DNA from: Ylistrum balloti | Taxonomy: Eukaryota | NCBI RefSeq assembly: GCF_031769215.1 | Contig: NW_026781913.1 | Location: 248,001-312,000, forward strand | Direction of reading: 5' to 3' | DNA: 64,000 nucleotides | Shown here: positions 25,781-38,211 of the stretch, piece by piece | How positions within the stretch are numbered: position 1 is the first letter of the stretch | Layout: each line of letters begins with the position of its first letter | Translations under genes and position numbers: made by a program | The notes under the pieces: model-generated | The model's input: only the letters and a program-made list of their open reading frames with translations | Told to the model about the DNA's origin: nothing | The model's database searches: none

Positions 25781-27230
25781 GACCAGAGTACAGTGGTGGA
25801 GGTGACCAGTGTTAGGTGGTGGAGGTGACCAGAGTAAGGTGGTGGAGGTGACCAGAGTAAGGTGGTGGAGGTGACAAGTGTAAGGTGGTGGAGGTGACCA
25901 GAGTAAGGTGGTGGAGGTGACCAGAGTAAGGTGGTGGAGGTGACCAGTGTAAGGTGGTGGAGGTGACCACTGTAAGGTGGTGGAGGTGACCAATGTAAGG
26001 TGGTGGAGGTGACCACTGTAAGGTGGTGGAGGTGACCCTGTAAGGTGGTGGAGGTGACCACTGTAAGGTGGTGGAGGTGACCACTGTAAGGTGGTGGAGG
26101 TGACCAGTGTAAGGTGGTGGAGGTGTAAGGTGGTGGAGGTGACCAGTGTAAGGTGGTGGAGGTGACCAATGTAAGGTGGTGGAGGTGACCACTGTAAGGT
26201 GGTGGAGGTGACCAGTGTAAGGTGGTGGAGGTGACCAGAGTAAGGTGGTGGAGGTGACCAGAGTAAGGTGGTGGAGGTGACCAGTGTAAGGTGGTGGAGG
26301 TGACCAGAGTAAGGTGGTGGAGGTGACCAGAGTAAGGTGGTGGAGGTGACAAGTGTAAGGTGGTGGAGGTGACCACTGTAAGGTGGTGGAGGTGACCAAT
26401 GTAAGGTGGTGGAGGTGACCACTGTAAGGTGGTGGAGGTGACCACTGTAAGGTGGTGGAGGTGACCAATGTAAGGTGGTGGAGGTGACCAGTGTAAGGTG
26501 GTGGAGGTGACCAATGTAAGGTGGTGGAGGTGACCAGAGTAAGGTGGTGGAGGTGACCAGTGTTAGGTGGTGGAGGTGACCAGAGTAAGGTGGTGGAGGT
26601 GACCAGAGTAAGGTGGTGGAGGTGACAAGTGTAAGGTGGTGGAGGTGACCACTGTAAGGTGGTGGAGGTGACCAATGTAAGGTGGTGGAGGTGACCAGTG
26701 TAAGGTGGTGGAGGTGACCAATGTAAGGTGGTGGAGGTGACCAGAGTAAGGTGGTGGAGGTGACCAGTGTTAGGTGGTGGAGGTGACCAGAGTAAGGTGG
26801 TGGAGGTGACCAATGTAAGGTGGTGGAGGTGACCACTGTAAGGTGGTGGAGGTGACCACTGTAAGGTGGTGGAGGTGACCACTGTAAGGTGGTGGAGGTG
26901 ACCAGAGTAAGGTGGTGGAGGTGACCAGAGTAAGGTGGTGGAGGTGACCAGAGTAAGGTTGTGGAGGTGACCAGAGTAAGGTGGTGGAAGTGACCAGAGT
27001 AAAGTGGTTGAGGTGACCAGTGTTAGGTGGTGGAGGTGACCAGAGTAAGGTGGTTGAGGTGACCAGTGTAAGGTGGTGGAGGTGACCAGAGTAAGGTGGT
27101 GGAGGTGACCAGTGTAAGGTGGTGGAGGTGACCAGAGTACGGTGATGAGGGTGACCAGTGAATTGTGGTGGAGGTGACCAGAGTAAGGTGGTGGAGGTGA
27201 CCAGAGTAAGGTGGTGGAGGAGACCAGAGT
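25781..27230. repeat. 23-bp G-rich minisatellite (~63 units)
   Basis: Unit GGTGGTGGAGGTGACCA(G/C/A)(A/T)GTAA. Confidence 0.98.
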
Positions 27231-27489
27231 TGATAACCTCTCAAATAACCTCCTTTCTTGTGGGTACATTTGTTACATAATTCTATGTTGAATATTACAA
27301 ACATTCACTCAATGACCAAGTTTTCTGTCCTAAATTGAGAAATTTACAGAAAAATGAGTTATCACTGCATTAGAACGAGGAAATGATATAAAACACCATC
27401 CGCTCTTTTTTTGGAGTGTCGTTTTGGCGTATATGGTCATTATTACACTATGTGTAAAGTAGATTTGATCATTACACTAACTGGTATCC

Positions 27490-27700
27490 AAAACCTCTAC
27501 CGGCAGTGTGTGGTTCTTCAAGGGAGCTGAGTCGTTCTGTGATATGGTTGTGTCTTGGGGGAAGACACTACTCCAATTACAATGAATATCCTGTGACGAA
27601 CCTCTCGTATACTGTTCAATGATAACGTCTCCATGCTGCTTCTTCTTGGAGATGACCCTGATTGTTCATAAGATGACAAACCCAGCCAACAAACCAGTGT
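27490..27700 (+). mobile_element. Possible decayed SINE
   Basis: TTGTGTCTTGGGGGAAGACAC resembles the TGTGTCCTTGGGCAAGACAC core of invertebrate SINEs; (AAAC)-like tail near 27685-27697. From recall only, not searched. Confidence 0.3.
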
Positions 27701-27740
27701 ACTATGAATCAAATATACCATATATTATATACATCTTTTA

Positions 27741-28551
27741 CATCCAGTATTACATATGGTACTGTGTTGTACGTCCAGTATTACATATGATACTGTGTTG
27801 TACGTCCAGTATTACATATGATACTGTGTTGTACGTCCAGTATTACATATGATAATGTGTTGTACGTCCATTATTACATATGATACTGTGTTGTACGTCC
27901 AGTATTACATATGATACTGTGTTGTACGTCCAGTATTACATATGATACTGTGTTGTACGTCCAGTATTACATATGATACTGTGTTGTACGTCCAGTATTA
28001 CATATGATACTGTGTTGTACGTCCAGTATTACATATGATACTGTGTTGTACGTCCAGTATTACATATGATACTGTGTTGTACGTCCAGTATTACATATGA
28101 TACTGTGTTGTACGTCCAGTATTACATATGATAATGTGTTGTACGTCCAGTATTACATATGATAATGTGTTGTACGTCCAGTATTACATATGATAACGTG
28201 TTGTACGTCCAGTATTACATATGATAATGTGTTGTACGTCCAGTATTACATATGATACTGTGTTGTACGTCCAGTATTACATATGATACTGTGTTGTACG
28301 TCCAACATTACATATGATACTGTGCTGTACGTCCAGCATTACATATGATACTGTGTTGTACGTCCAGTATTACATATGATACTGTGTTGTACGTCCAGTA
28401 TTACATATGATAACGTGTTGTCCGTCCAGTATTACATATGATACTGTGTTGTACGTCCAGTATTACATATGATACTGTGTTGTACGTCCAGTATTACATA
28501 TGATAACGTGTTTTACGTCCAGAATTACATATGATAACGTGTTTTAACGTC
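27741..28551. repeat. 31-bp minisatellite (~26 units)
   Basis: Unit ACGTCCAGTATTACATATGATACTGTGTTGT. Confidence 0.97.
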
Positions 28552-28620
28552 CATCACCTCAGGTCAAATATTTTGTATTATCGCATCAGAAGGTATGAAA
28601 TGATTTTTCAAAGTTATATA

Positions 28621-30100
28621 CAGTGAAACTTCGCTATTAAGATCGCTTTGGGGCCTGGACAAAAGTGGTCTTAATATCGAGGTGGTCTTAATAGTGAGGT
28701 GGATCAGATTGACCGCCAAGAACCGCAACTCTGTTTGAAATAAAGACTATATATATATCATTAAGTAATTTACATGTGTATTATTCAACAATAATAACTT
28801 AAAGTTTGATTAACTGTATATAAAATGTTGAAATTTATTAAATGAATGTTAAACAGGTAAAATTGGTGAATTGACAAAATATTATTTATGTATATATACC
28901 TGTGTTAATCTATATTGTAATATACATGTATATTTATTAATGTTAACAATGAATAAAAGAAAACAATCAACTTTAAGTTCAATAGGAATTTAATGGGTTT
29001 TTTTTCAAATCTTCACATAATTTACAAACATATTCCTTCAGTCAATATATTACACAATCCCCTTCAGTCAATATATTACACAATACAACACATTTGAGGG
29101 GTGTCGCAGTCTGTCTCAACAACAGCAACATCACTAACACTGATACCACCTTTCGCAAAACATTTCACTATAGTCTCCTTCTTTACATCATTGACAACAC
29201 CACTCACAAATCGTATAGCATCCAGAATAGTTATTCCTTTCGCGAAGGTCTCTTCCTGAGGATGATTTCCATCACCTAGACGTGCGATGGTAGAACGGAA
29301 CAGCCTTTTACAGTTTACAACTTTCACTGTCTGAATAATGCCTTGATCCAGAGGCTGAAGAACAGAAGTCGTGTTGACAGGAAAGAAAACAAGCTTGATG
29401 TTGGTCAGCTTCAAACTTGGATGAGAGAGGGCGTTGTCCAAGAATAACAGGATGTGGCGACGAGCGAGCCTCATACGTCTGTCCAAATCTGTTACCCGTT
29501 CCCTGAATAACTGACCGGTCATCCAAGCTTTCTTGTTTGTACGCCAGGTAACAGGAAGTTGAGCAGGCCTAATGTTCTTGAAGCAACGGGGATTTAAGGA
29601 CTTTCCAATGATAAGAGGCTTCTCAAAGTTGCCTTCTAGGTTACAACACAGAACGAATGTGATTCTGTCCTTCTGACTTCTTCCCTTCCTTGCATTCCTC
29701 TCCTCGAACACATAATGACTTGTCAGGTAAGGACCGGAAGAAAAGGCCAGTTTCGTCCATATTATAAATGTCACAAGCATCATATCTACAGATAATGTCT
29801 GGCAGCTTGTCTTTCCATTCTGACACCACATCCGGAGAAACAATAGCACTTCCACCACAGATGTTAGCAAATGAAATTATATGTCTCTCCCGAAATCACT
29901 GCAACCATCCATTAGATGCCTTAAAGTTAGTGTCAGTGATTCAAAGTTCTTGTGCGTAGGTAAGAATTCTCTCCTACAACATTGGTCCAGAGACAGGAAT
30001 GTGCTGTGCACGCATCCGTTGAAACCATTCCCACATGAGTTCATTAAGTTCCTCTGATGATGAATTTTCAATTTATGATTTTTTTTTATAAGACGAGACA
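28621..30100 (-). mobile_element. pogo/Tigger (CENP-B-related DDE) DNA transposon remnant, apparently 5'-truncated
   Basis: TA then CAGTGAAAC terminus at 28619-28629. Frameshifted transposase with HTH (WEWFQRMRAQHIPVSGP..KASNGWL), DIYNMDETGLFF, KDRITFVLCCN, KKAWMT, LLFLDNA.SH, TTSVLQPLDQGII. Other TIR not found. Confidence 0.92.
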
Positions 30101-31044
30101 TAAGACATTTTATTTTTGCGCTCCTTGTTTTATAATATACACGTGTAACTCAACAGATTTACACATGGTTGTCACCATACTGAAAACAAACTGGAAAATG
30201 TTAGATAAATTTTATAATATAAACATGTTACTCTAAAGACAGCGATATAAACACGGATTTCCCTGTTTTAAGCTTTGTTCTGTTATTTTTGGTGGTGTAG
30301 TTTCCGGATTGCTGTGAGATGGAATTCGTCATTACGTTATTGAAAATGTGTCTCAGTTGTTCCCCGGTTCTGATGTCCATGACCTTCTACAATAAAACAC
30401 ATAGCCAGCTGCCAGTAACTTGTGTCCACTATTTCTGTCTGCATTGAGAGATATGAAATACTTGTATAAAATTGCACAGTCACGGGCAAATGTACGGAAT
30501 AATATTTACATCTGCATAATTATTCAGAATGTGAAGTTTTGCTTGAAATGAAAAGCATTTAAAGAAAAAGTGAGATATTGTTATTCAAAATATAAAGTGT
30601 TTGAAATGGATATCCTTGTTTAAAAAGGGGTGTATAATATATTATTTAATATGGAAAGTACTGTTTTAAAAAAATAAAGGTTTGTTTAAAATTTGAAAAA
30701 GTACTTGTATTTGTTGTATCTCAAATGAGTACACATGTATGTTAAATGAAATAACTTATTTTGACCAATCTAACATCAGACCTAGGTCAAATTCAAGCTT
30801 GCGAAAGCACGGCGACATTAATTCTCCTACCTACGCATATAAACACTAAAAATATATTATTTCTTCTTAAACAGACAGTATATCGATAATGTACCAAACA
30901 GACCAAGGCGTACCCGGCGAACTTGACAATTCACACAACCATTTGTGATTTTATATCAGTTTATAACTTTCTTTATTGTTCACACCTTTAGATCAGTCTG
31001 GAGTCATGACACGACAGGTAATGTGGCAGGTTGCCAAGGAGCGG

Positions 31045-31094
31045 CCGCCATTTGTAAACAATGAGCGTAAATCGTCAATGATTTATACATGGCG
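31045..31094 (+). promoter_or_regulatory. YY1-like motifs upstream of gene A start
   Basis: CCGCCATTT (31045-31053) and ATGGCG (31089-31094), 65-115 nt before the ATG at 31159. Motif match only. Confidence 0.3.
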
Positions 31095-31158
31095 TCCGAG
31101 AAGACGAGACGACAGTAATGTTGCTCAAGGATTCTCAGTGAATATCTAACGTGTTCAC

Positions 31159-34100
31159 ATGGATGTGAAGAAAGAAATATGTCGGTCGCTGGTAGGGCTT
31201 ACTTGGCTCGCAGTCGGCCTGGCACTTGATATAGGTAATTATAAACACCCGTCACAGAATGCTTTGTCCTCTCTGTATTACTATCGCTGATAGAGATCAA
31301 TAGGAAAGTCCTACATTTTTCTCCTTTTTCGTTGCTATGTTAAACACCCTCACATGCACATACCATAATCTGTACAGGTGTGCGGTTGTACATCTGGCCT
31401 AGTTCTCAGGACAGATCGGTTACAAGACCAGTAACCGCTATGTGTTGTGGAATGGGACACGTTGTTAACTCTAAACATTTCTATATATAACGATATATGT
31501 GATGTATCATTCTGTGGTTTTCGAGTAGCAAGGGTTTCCGCTCGAGTGATGAGGGATCATACAATAACTAACTGCATACTTCTCACCGCGAACAAAAAGT
31601 AAGAGGAAGTGAAAAACCTCCATCTTGTCATGATCAGCCCCCTTATAATCTACCTGTATCTGACGGAGTTGTCTCGATACCAGGGAACCCTGACTCAGTA
31701 CGTATAGATTGTTGCTTGCTTTCTCGAGTAACAAGGGTTTTTTTTTTACCTGAGCTAGTCCCGAGTGACGAGACATTATGCAATAAGTTGACTTACTGCC
31801 TATTTCACACCTTCAACAAACCAAGTTATTCACCAAATCTGCCTCTATACCCTTCATTGTTTTCTGTCTAATTTCCCTGTACCGGAACACTTGACTCAGT
31901 ATTGCTATCAAACGGTCAGAATCCATTGTAAAAGGACGTGATTATTTTCCTACAAAATGACTTGTGGATTTTTAGCCTAGAAATCAGCAAAATGTAATAT
32001 TAATATTTAAACACAAAATACTAGGACAGGAACAAGATGATTTGGAAACATAAAGCCTAGGTAATGAGATAACTCAAGAACCAGTGTTACAAAGCAATAA
32101 AATATTGGGTAAAATCTGGTCTGGGGTCAGTACAGAAAAATTGGAAAACAACTGTAAGTTGTAGATTTTAAAGTGAATAGTTTCAGGTGCATTAGTTAAA
32201 TCAGTCATTTCGTTTAGATTATCATCACAAACATATTGATTATCTCCCCTTTCCTTAAAGAAAGGTTACCACAGCCAACTACACACAGCCCCTTTCGTGG
32301 TCAAGTAATTATGAATGCCCATGAAAGGGACTAGGTGTGTCGTTGACTATGTTACCAATTAATTTATTACCCACACTATGCTGTAACAAATGTCATAAGG
32401 ATTTTTTCCGTGAAGTTGACTTGTGGACAAAAATATTGCACACGGATATATGTGTGAAATATGTAGTAAATGTTCTTGTTCAGTGTACACTGTTTTTCTC
32501 TCTCCTAAGTAATCAGACATCCGAAGATGTCGATAAAAGGGAGATAACTATATAAAATTATGTGCACTCGTGAACGTTTCGTTAATTTTGTCGAGTGTTT
32601 GCATGATTTTACACTAAGAAACCAGAGAGTGTATTTTTTAACATTTATCCTAAAGACTTGCATATTCTCTCTTGATATAGAATTTGTTCAAGAATGTACT
32701 ATACAGTTTCTAAGAGAAAATCATCCAAAATTTGACTTTAAATTTCCTTATATCAGACCAATTTCAGTATGTTTTAATAAGTATTTTCATAGTGTGACCA
32801 AGACGTATTGAAAATGACAAAAACTGGATTTTCAAAGTTTGGCTAAAGGCCTTGTATTTGATGAATTTTATGTCAAGATGGTCCAAACCATACGTAGTCC
32901 ATTAAATTTATGTCCAAAAGTGCTACTAACCATTTCGATCTCTATTTATAATATTGCCAAAACCTATTTCCGAAAGTAGGTTTTGTCGATTGATGTAAAT
33001 ATAAACAAACACATGTTTATTGTTAGAAACTTTTGTTGTGTCTTTGCAACCAACCAACCAGTCAAATATTGTCTTTTATTACAACAAACTAGTCACATAA
33101 TAATATTCTTCAGGTCTTCTGCTGCCCCTTGGTTTCATTCTCGGCCCCATTGGCTGTCAAGCTATCTTGATATAATTTCTGAATTTGCAGATTACATGTC
33201 AGCTTCTTGTACCACTATGGGTGTGACTGTGACGAAATCCAGGATGGTGGAGTCGAGTTCTGCCCTGGTCTACAGTAATGATATGAACTGTGTTTTCACC
33301 GCCAGTGTATCCGACGGTCGCTATAACCTACTTGCTGTTTTTAGGTATGGATTTTCCCGAACAGAACGTTTAATTTGTTCTCTTTGATCTTCTATAATTC
33401 CGTATGTGATTTAGGATGAGTTTTATATAAAAAATAATTTCTGTATGTTTCCCGTATAAACTTGTATTTTGTTATTACTAGGTTTTATTTGTGTCTGCTT
33501 TCATTCGTTGATGTTACGTACCGAGTATTTAATTCTGCAATATTACAATTTCTTTCCAAAGATTGCATCAGCGACATAAATATAGAATATTTTTGAACCG
33601 AAACCATGTGGACAGTAGAGAAAGCCTACAGTAACATACCGTTGTTTATTTGTTCGTTGTAGTTAATTTCCGAGTAATACATGAACTAGTTCGTTGATTT
33701 TGAATTTCTCCAGATTTTTCTGGTCTATAGTTTGTAATCGTTTTCTCTCACAGTCGGTTCGACCTGGAGACGAAGTCTAGTGGTACGTGTCTAGACTATG
33801 TCAATGTTTACGATGGAAATTCAGTGTCGGCTACAGTTCTCAACTCAGAACCTTTGTGTGGTTCCACAATACCTAGCAACCTGGTCTCCACCGGAAGCCA
33901 AATGACCATTGAATTCGTGACGGACTCCAGTGCTGTCCTGATGGGTTTCGCGATCATACTTTCGGAAGTGTATAATGGTAAAATTCTACATTTTTCAGAC
34001 AGCCACCAAAATCATGATGAAAATGATACATTATTGGTACAGTAGGCATAACGTTCATAGAGATGCATGTATCCTGAGGTGTTCCGATTTTAGACAAAAA

Positions 34101-35113
34101 AATGGGAATTCATAACAAAACGGTTTCAATGTTTATCTTGAAAAAAATGGCTGGTGCTCTGAATGGTTTTGTATTGACACATTTCTTTTTCCATTATCCC
34201 CAGGATCCTGCTCCTCAACGGAGTACGCCTGTAGTAATGGCTTCTGTGTGAACTCTGACCTCAGGTGTAATCACTACAAGGAGTGTGGGGACGGGTCTGA
34301 CGAGAACGCGTGCACTAGTAAGTTATTATTGAAATGATAGAACTCCTGGATACATTGGTAACAAATAAGGAGATTAGAGGCCCCACTGAGGTCTTTTTTA
34401 TATTGTGGGTCACTATAACATTTGTGTAAATCAATCTTCACTGAAGATAACCAAAACATCACGTTTACCATACCGGAGATTCCCTGTACTTTTCAGTAAA
34501 CGTGACATATGACACACCGTTGACGATATTTTGCTGAAACCTGAAACATTTCACCTATATACATGCATACATTAAAACGTTTTTCTAAGATAAACAAATC
34601 AAGGTAGATAACTAGCTTAGTAAGTTTTGTCTCTATCAATCAGATATGCTAACCACACACCTTAACAGTTTCCCTCACGTGCTAACTATTGTTTCTCCCC
34701 CTCCAGCTGAAGAGCTTTACGGACCAGGAGCAGGAAACATTGCGCTGATTGTTGGTCTCACTCTTGGTATCCTGGCTCTGTTGGTGCTGGTGGCAGTCAT
34801 TGGCATTTTCATTTATAGACAATACAGATGGCGCCTTTTCCTCAAAGACCCGTTCCCGGAAATGAAGAAATGGAACGCGACTAGCAACTACCCGGTGACC
34901 CAAAAATACTACAAACAAGGTTTTACCAACACTGGCTATCAGAGCATCGAGGTGCGCTCTCCGACTTCTCCGACTTCCCAACCCTACAAAGATTTCGAGG
35001 TAGAGGAGGATGAATTATCTAGCACAAAAAAGACCGACTCACTTACCTCAAAACCCACAGAATCAAAGGAAAAAGTTTTGTTTAAAAATGAGCCAGGTAC
35101 ATCGAAGGTGTGA
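31159..35113 (+). CDS. Gene A: signal peptide-CUB-LDLa-TM-cytoplasmic tail protein (324 aa; MIG-13/LRP12/LDLRAD2-like architecture)
   Basis: Exons 31159-31234 (MDVKKEICRSLVGLTWLAVGLALDI), 33191-33344, 33754-33977 (CUB: CLDYVNVYDG..LCGSTIP..STGSQMTIEFVTD..GF), 34204-34317 (LDLa: CSSTEYACSNGFCVNSDLRCNHYKECGDGSDENAC), 34707-35113 (TM IALIVGLTLGILALLVLVAVIGIFIY + tail). All GT-AG, phases 1/2/1/1 consistent, 975 nt total. Confidence 0.92.
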
Positions 35114-38083
35114 GGGAAGTCCTGTGGAATTATTGAGTATGTAGAGGTTGTAACACTGTTGATCAACCTCATTTCATTAGTTTTGTTAACATCAGTAGGT
35201 CCTTTATAATATCATACTATATTTGTTACTGTGTCAATCTGTTAATGGTACATGTAATAAGAAATTATAATGTTATATCCATGTTAATATGGAACCTTAT
35301 TTTCGCATTCAAATCCGTCCAATAGTTCATGTATACTCGTGTAACCTACAGGTCCTGTTTTAATTCGTTATATTGGCACGGCTCAGTATCGACACCTGTC
35401 CTTGATGGCATTCTGATTAAACCAAATACAGGAAAAATACAAAATTTATTTAATGATGGAGCTAGTGCACCTCCGATCTAGATTTTGACAATTCTTTCGA
35501 TCGATTTCGATTTTCCTTAATCGCTTCCTAAATTTAAAATTTTAAGATGTACGATGCAGTCTAAGTTATCATTAGGCTCTTCATTATCTGTGTGATCATT
35601 TATCGTTTTTTAACATTCTTTCTTTGTGTTTTGTCAGTCCATTCATAGTCTAGAATAGATATTGTCACTTGTCTTCTGAAGTGTCCTTGATATTTAGGAT
35701 TGATGTACATTGTCAAGGCCAACTTAACTCAAACTATAACATCCGGGTACCAGATGAATTTATGCAGAACTTTCTTGTACAATATATTGTCGGAGACTCT
35801 AAGATTTCTTAGCTCTTCCCCGCCACACTAAGTGTGTAACAAGAGGTTAGCTAAGAATAAAAACAAGAATAATCAAAGACTACAATGTACCTAGGACATT
35901 CCTGGAATACCTTTCTCCAAATTTGTCTTCAGGTGTAATGGATGTGTCCTATATGAATAACAATGAATATGCAGTACATTAAGATTTAAATGATTCCCCC
36001 GACTAAAATACGAGAGTTTAATGCATCAGATATATCGTTTCTATATTTAATTTTTTATATATTGGCATGTTGTGTATTTCGCAGGCGAAATACTTTTTAT
36101 ATCATAAGTTTTTATTAACAAATAAATTAACTATTAAATGCTGTATTCATATTGTTGTGATAATTTATAGAGTCCATTACAGGATATCTAAAAACAGGAG
36201 AGAGAATCTCTTTTAAAGATTTTAAATTCCGTCTGAGCTATGCCAGAAGATGACAATTGTACACATAGTTTGGATAACGTACGTCAGGATTTTCACAGGT
36301 CATACACAAGAGGGACTTAAACATGTCCAACAGTACTGGATAATGACGGTCGGAATGTTAGCTTTATGGACCAGGAAAACAGATTTTATTGTAATAAGTA
36401 TAGAATAATAGCTGACGAATTTCAATTTGTTAAAAAAGAAGACGACACGCAGTGAAATGATTTTCAGCATTTGACTTTATGGCATTGCATTCACCAAGTC
36501 TTACACTTTCACAGAATAAGCAACTTATCCAGGGGTTCTTTCATTTTTTGATTTTTTTTTTTTTTTCTGAAATATTTAATTTCAAAGCTATTCATTTAGT
36601 AAAAGTATATTATCGATGATTGATTCCATTCTAGTTAAAGGGGGATAACTCTTACAGTTTTGCATATACGATATGAAATCGTGACGGGGTCGTCTTTATC
36701 AATGCTACATCGGAATGTCTCTAGGTTAATCTACACGTTACATTTTCTTCTGAGATTTTCCGTCATTGACAAAACTTTTCTCTCGATCATTAGTCAAGCA
36801 AGACCCAATAAGCGAAATCAAAATTCCACAGAATAGCCAATGATGGCGTGAAAGAAGTCTTTTTTGGGAAAAGTTATAGAAGCCACATTATTTATTGAAC
36901 TTTCATCCATTCACAACACAAATAACAAATAAAAAGTATTGTAGTACAAATTAATGATAAAAATTTCATACATGTATATGTAACATTTCAGCACACCTGA
37001 ACCGACGTCTGGAGGAGTTGATAAATACTTTTTATTACTTCCCTTCCCATATACTGTATAAAACCTCAATTTCAGCAACAGCCTAGTACATGGGACAGCA
37101 TATGACTTTAATCTTATTTACAATGACTAAGTTTCGAATTTCTGTCTCAGGTGAAGGTCTATGCCATGGCATACCTAGCTTACAAGGAGGCAGAGCAAAT
37201 GAGGTAGACCTGTTATAATCTAGAATATGGATATAGGAAAAAAGAAGACATTGTTGTTTCATATAATACTTCATTTTGTACAAAAATGGACAAAGATTTA
37301 TATTTTAAAATTTATGATTTACATGCAATGATATAGATACTAAATAACACTTATATCACAGAACGCATTATATGTTGAGACTACATAATAATCTAACTCA
37401 CTCTATGTACACTAACAAATATTATAATTGTAATGATGACTTGAGATCGATTCAGCAATACTAACAAACGAGGAGAGACAATGACGCGGGAACGACGTCA
37501 ACAATCAAAACGTACAAGAGAGTGATGACGTCAGAAACGTCAGATGACAGATAAGAAAGCGAGTTAATGACGTCAACAAGGACAGACATGTAGGAATGAC
37601 GTTAAATTAGAGTGCTGTAGGTAATAATGTACAATTTCACGTCAGCAATGATGAAGATCAGGGGAATCAAACATTTCACAACAGAGAACAATGGTAAGCA
37701 GCAGAAATTAAATGACCTCAAGAACATAATATTATATGGAACAAATTGAAAGGGTTTATATACAGTATCACCAAACATCCGTACGATGGTCCAATCAGGA
37801 CTCAGCTTCATACAGAAAATAATTAATGTAATAGATCTACAATTTGTATCAATATGATACACGTGTATTTCCTATTCCTAGTGACCCCAGAAATCCTACA
37901 ATAAATGTTTAGAATCATCACTGAGCTGCTAATCATAATATGTGACATGTTGAATCTTCTTACGTGTTGGCAAAACATTTGAATTAAATCTCTACGTCAA
38001 ATATATAACTATTAATCCATATTCAGGACAAACCGGTTTTCACAAATCCAAGACACAGGTAAAAATTCTGTTTCTATGGTTAC

Positions 38084-38211
38084 GTGGGTCATGTGATATA
38101 AATATCTAACGATGTTCTCTAAGATGGCCACCATCCCCTGACAGGAAGTGGGTCATGTGATATAAATATCTAACGATGTTCTCTAAGATGGCCACCATCC
38201 CCTGACAGGAA
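38084..38211. repeat. Perfect 64-bp tandem duplication spanning the stop codon of gene B
   Basis: 38084-38147 is identical to 38148-38211. Confidence 0.95.

Noticed and set aside
25693-27304. Long ORFs (up to 485 aa) with SPPPPY motifs resembling plant extensin
   Set aside because: Product of a 23-bp unit with no stop in any minus frame; all three frames give the same cyclic peptide; no splice context.
17465-28551. CRISPR-like appearance of the 31-45 bp repeats
   Set aside because: Units are head-to-tail with no unique spacers, there are no cas genes, and the context is eukaryotic.
29076-30050. Domesticated TIGD/CENP-B gene
   Set aside because: Multiple frameshifts and stops, missing N-terminal HTH, and a retained TIR with TA indicate a dead transposon copy.
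37480-37610. Cluster of TGACGTCA (CRE-like) motifs
   Set aside because: Lies in the probable 3' UTR of gene B, and similar motifs recur in nearby dispersed repeats; no promoter context.
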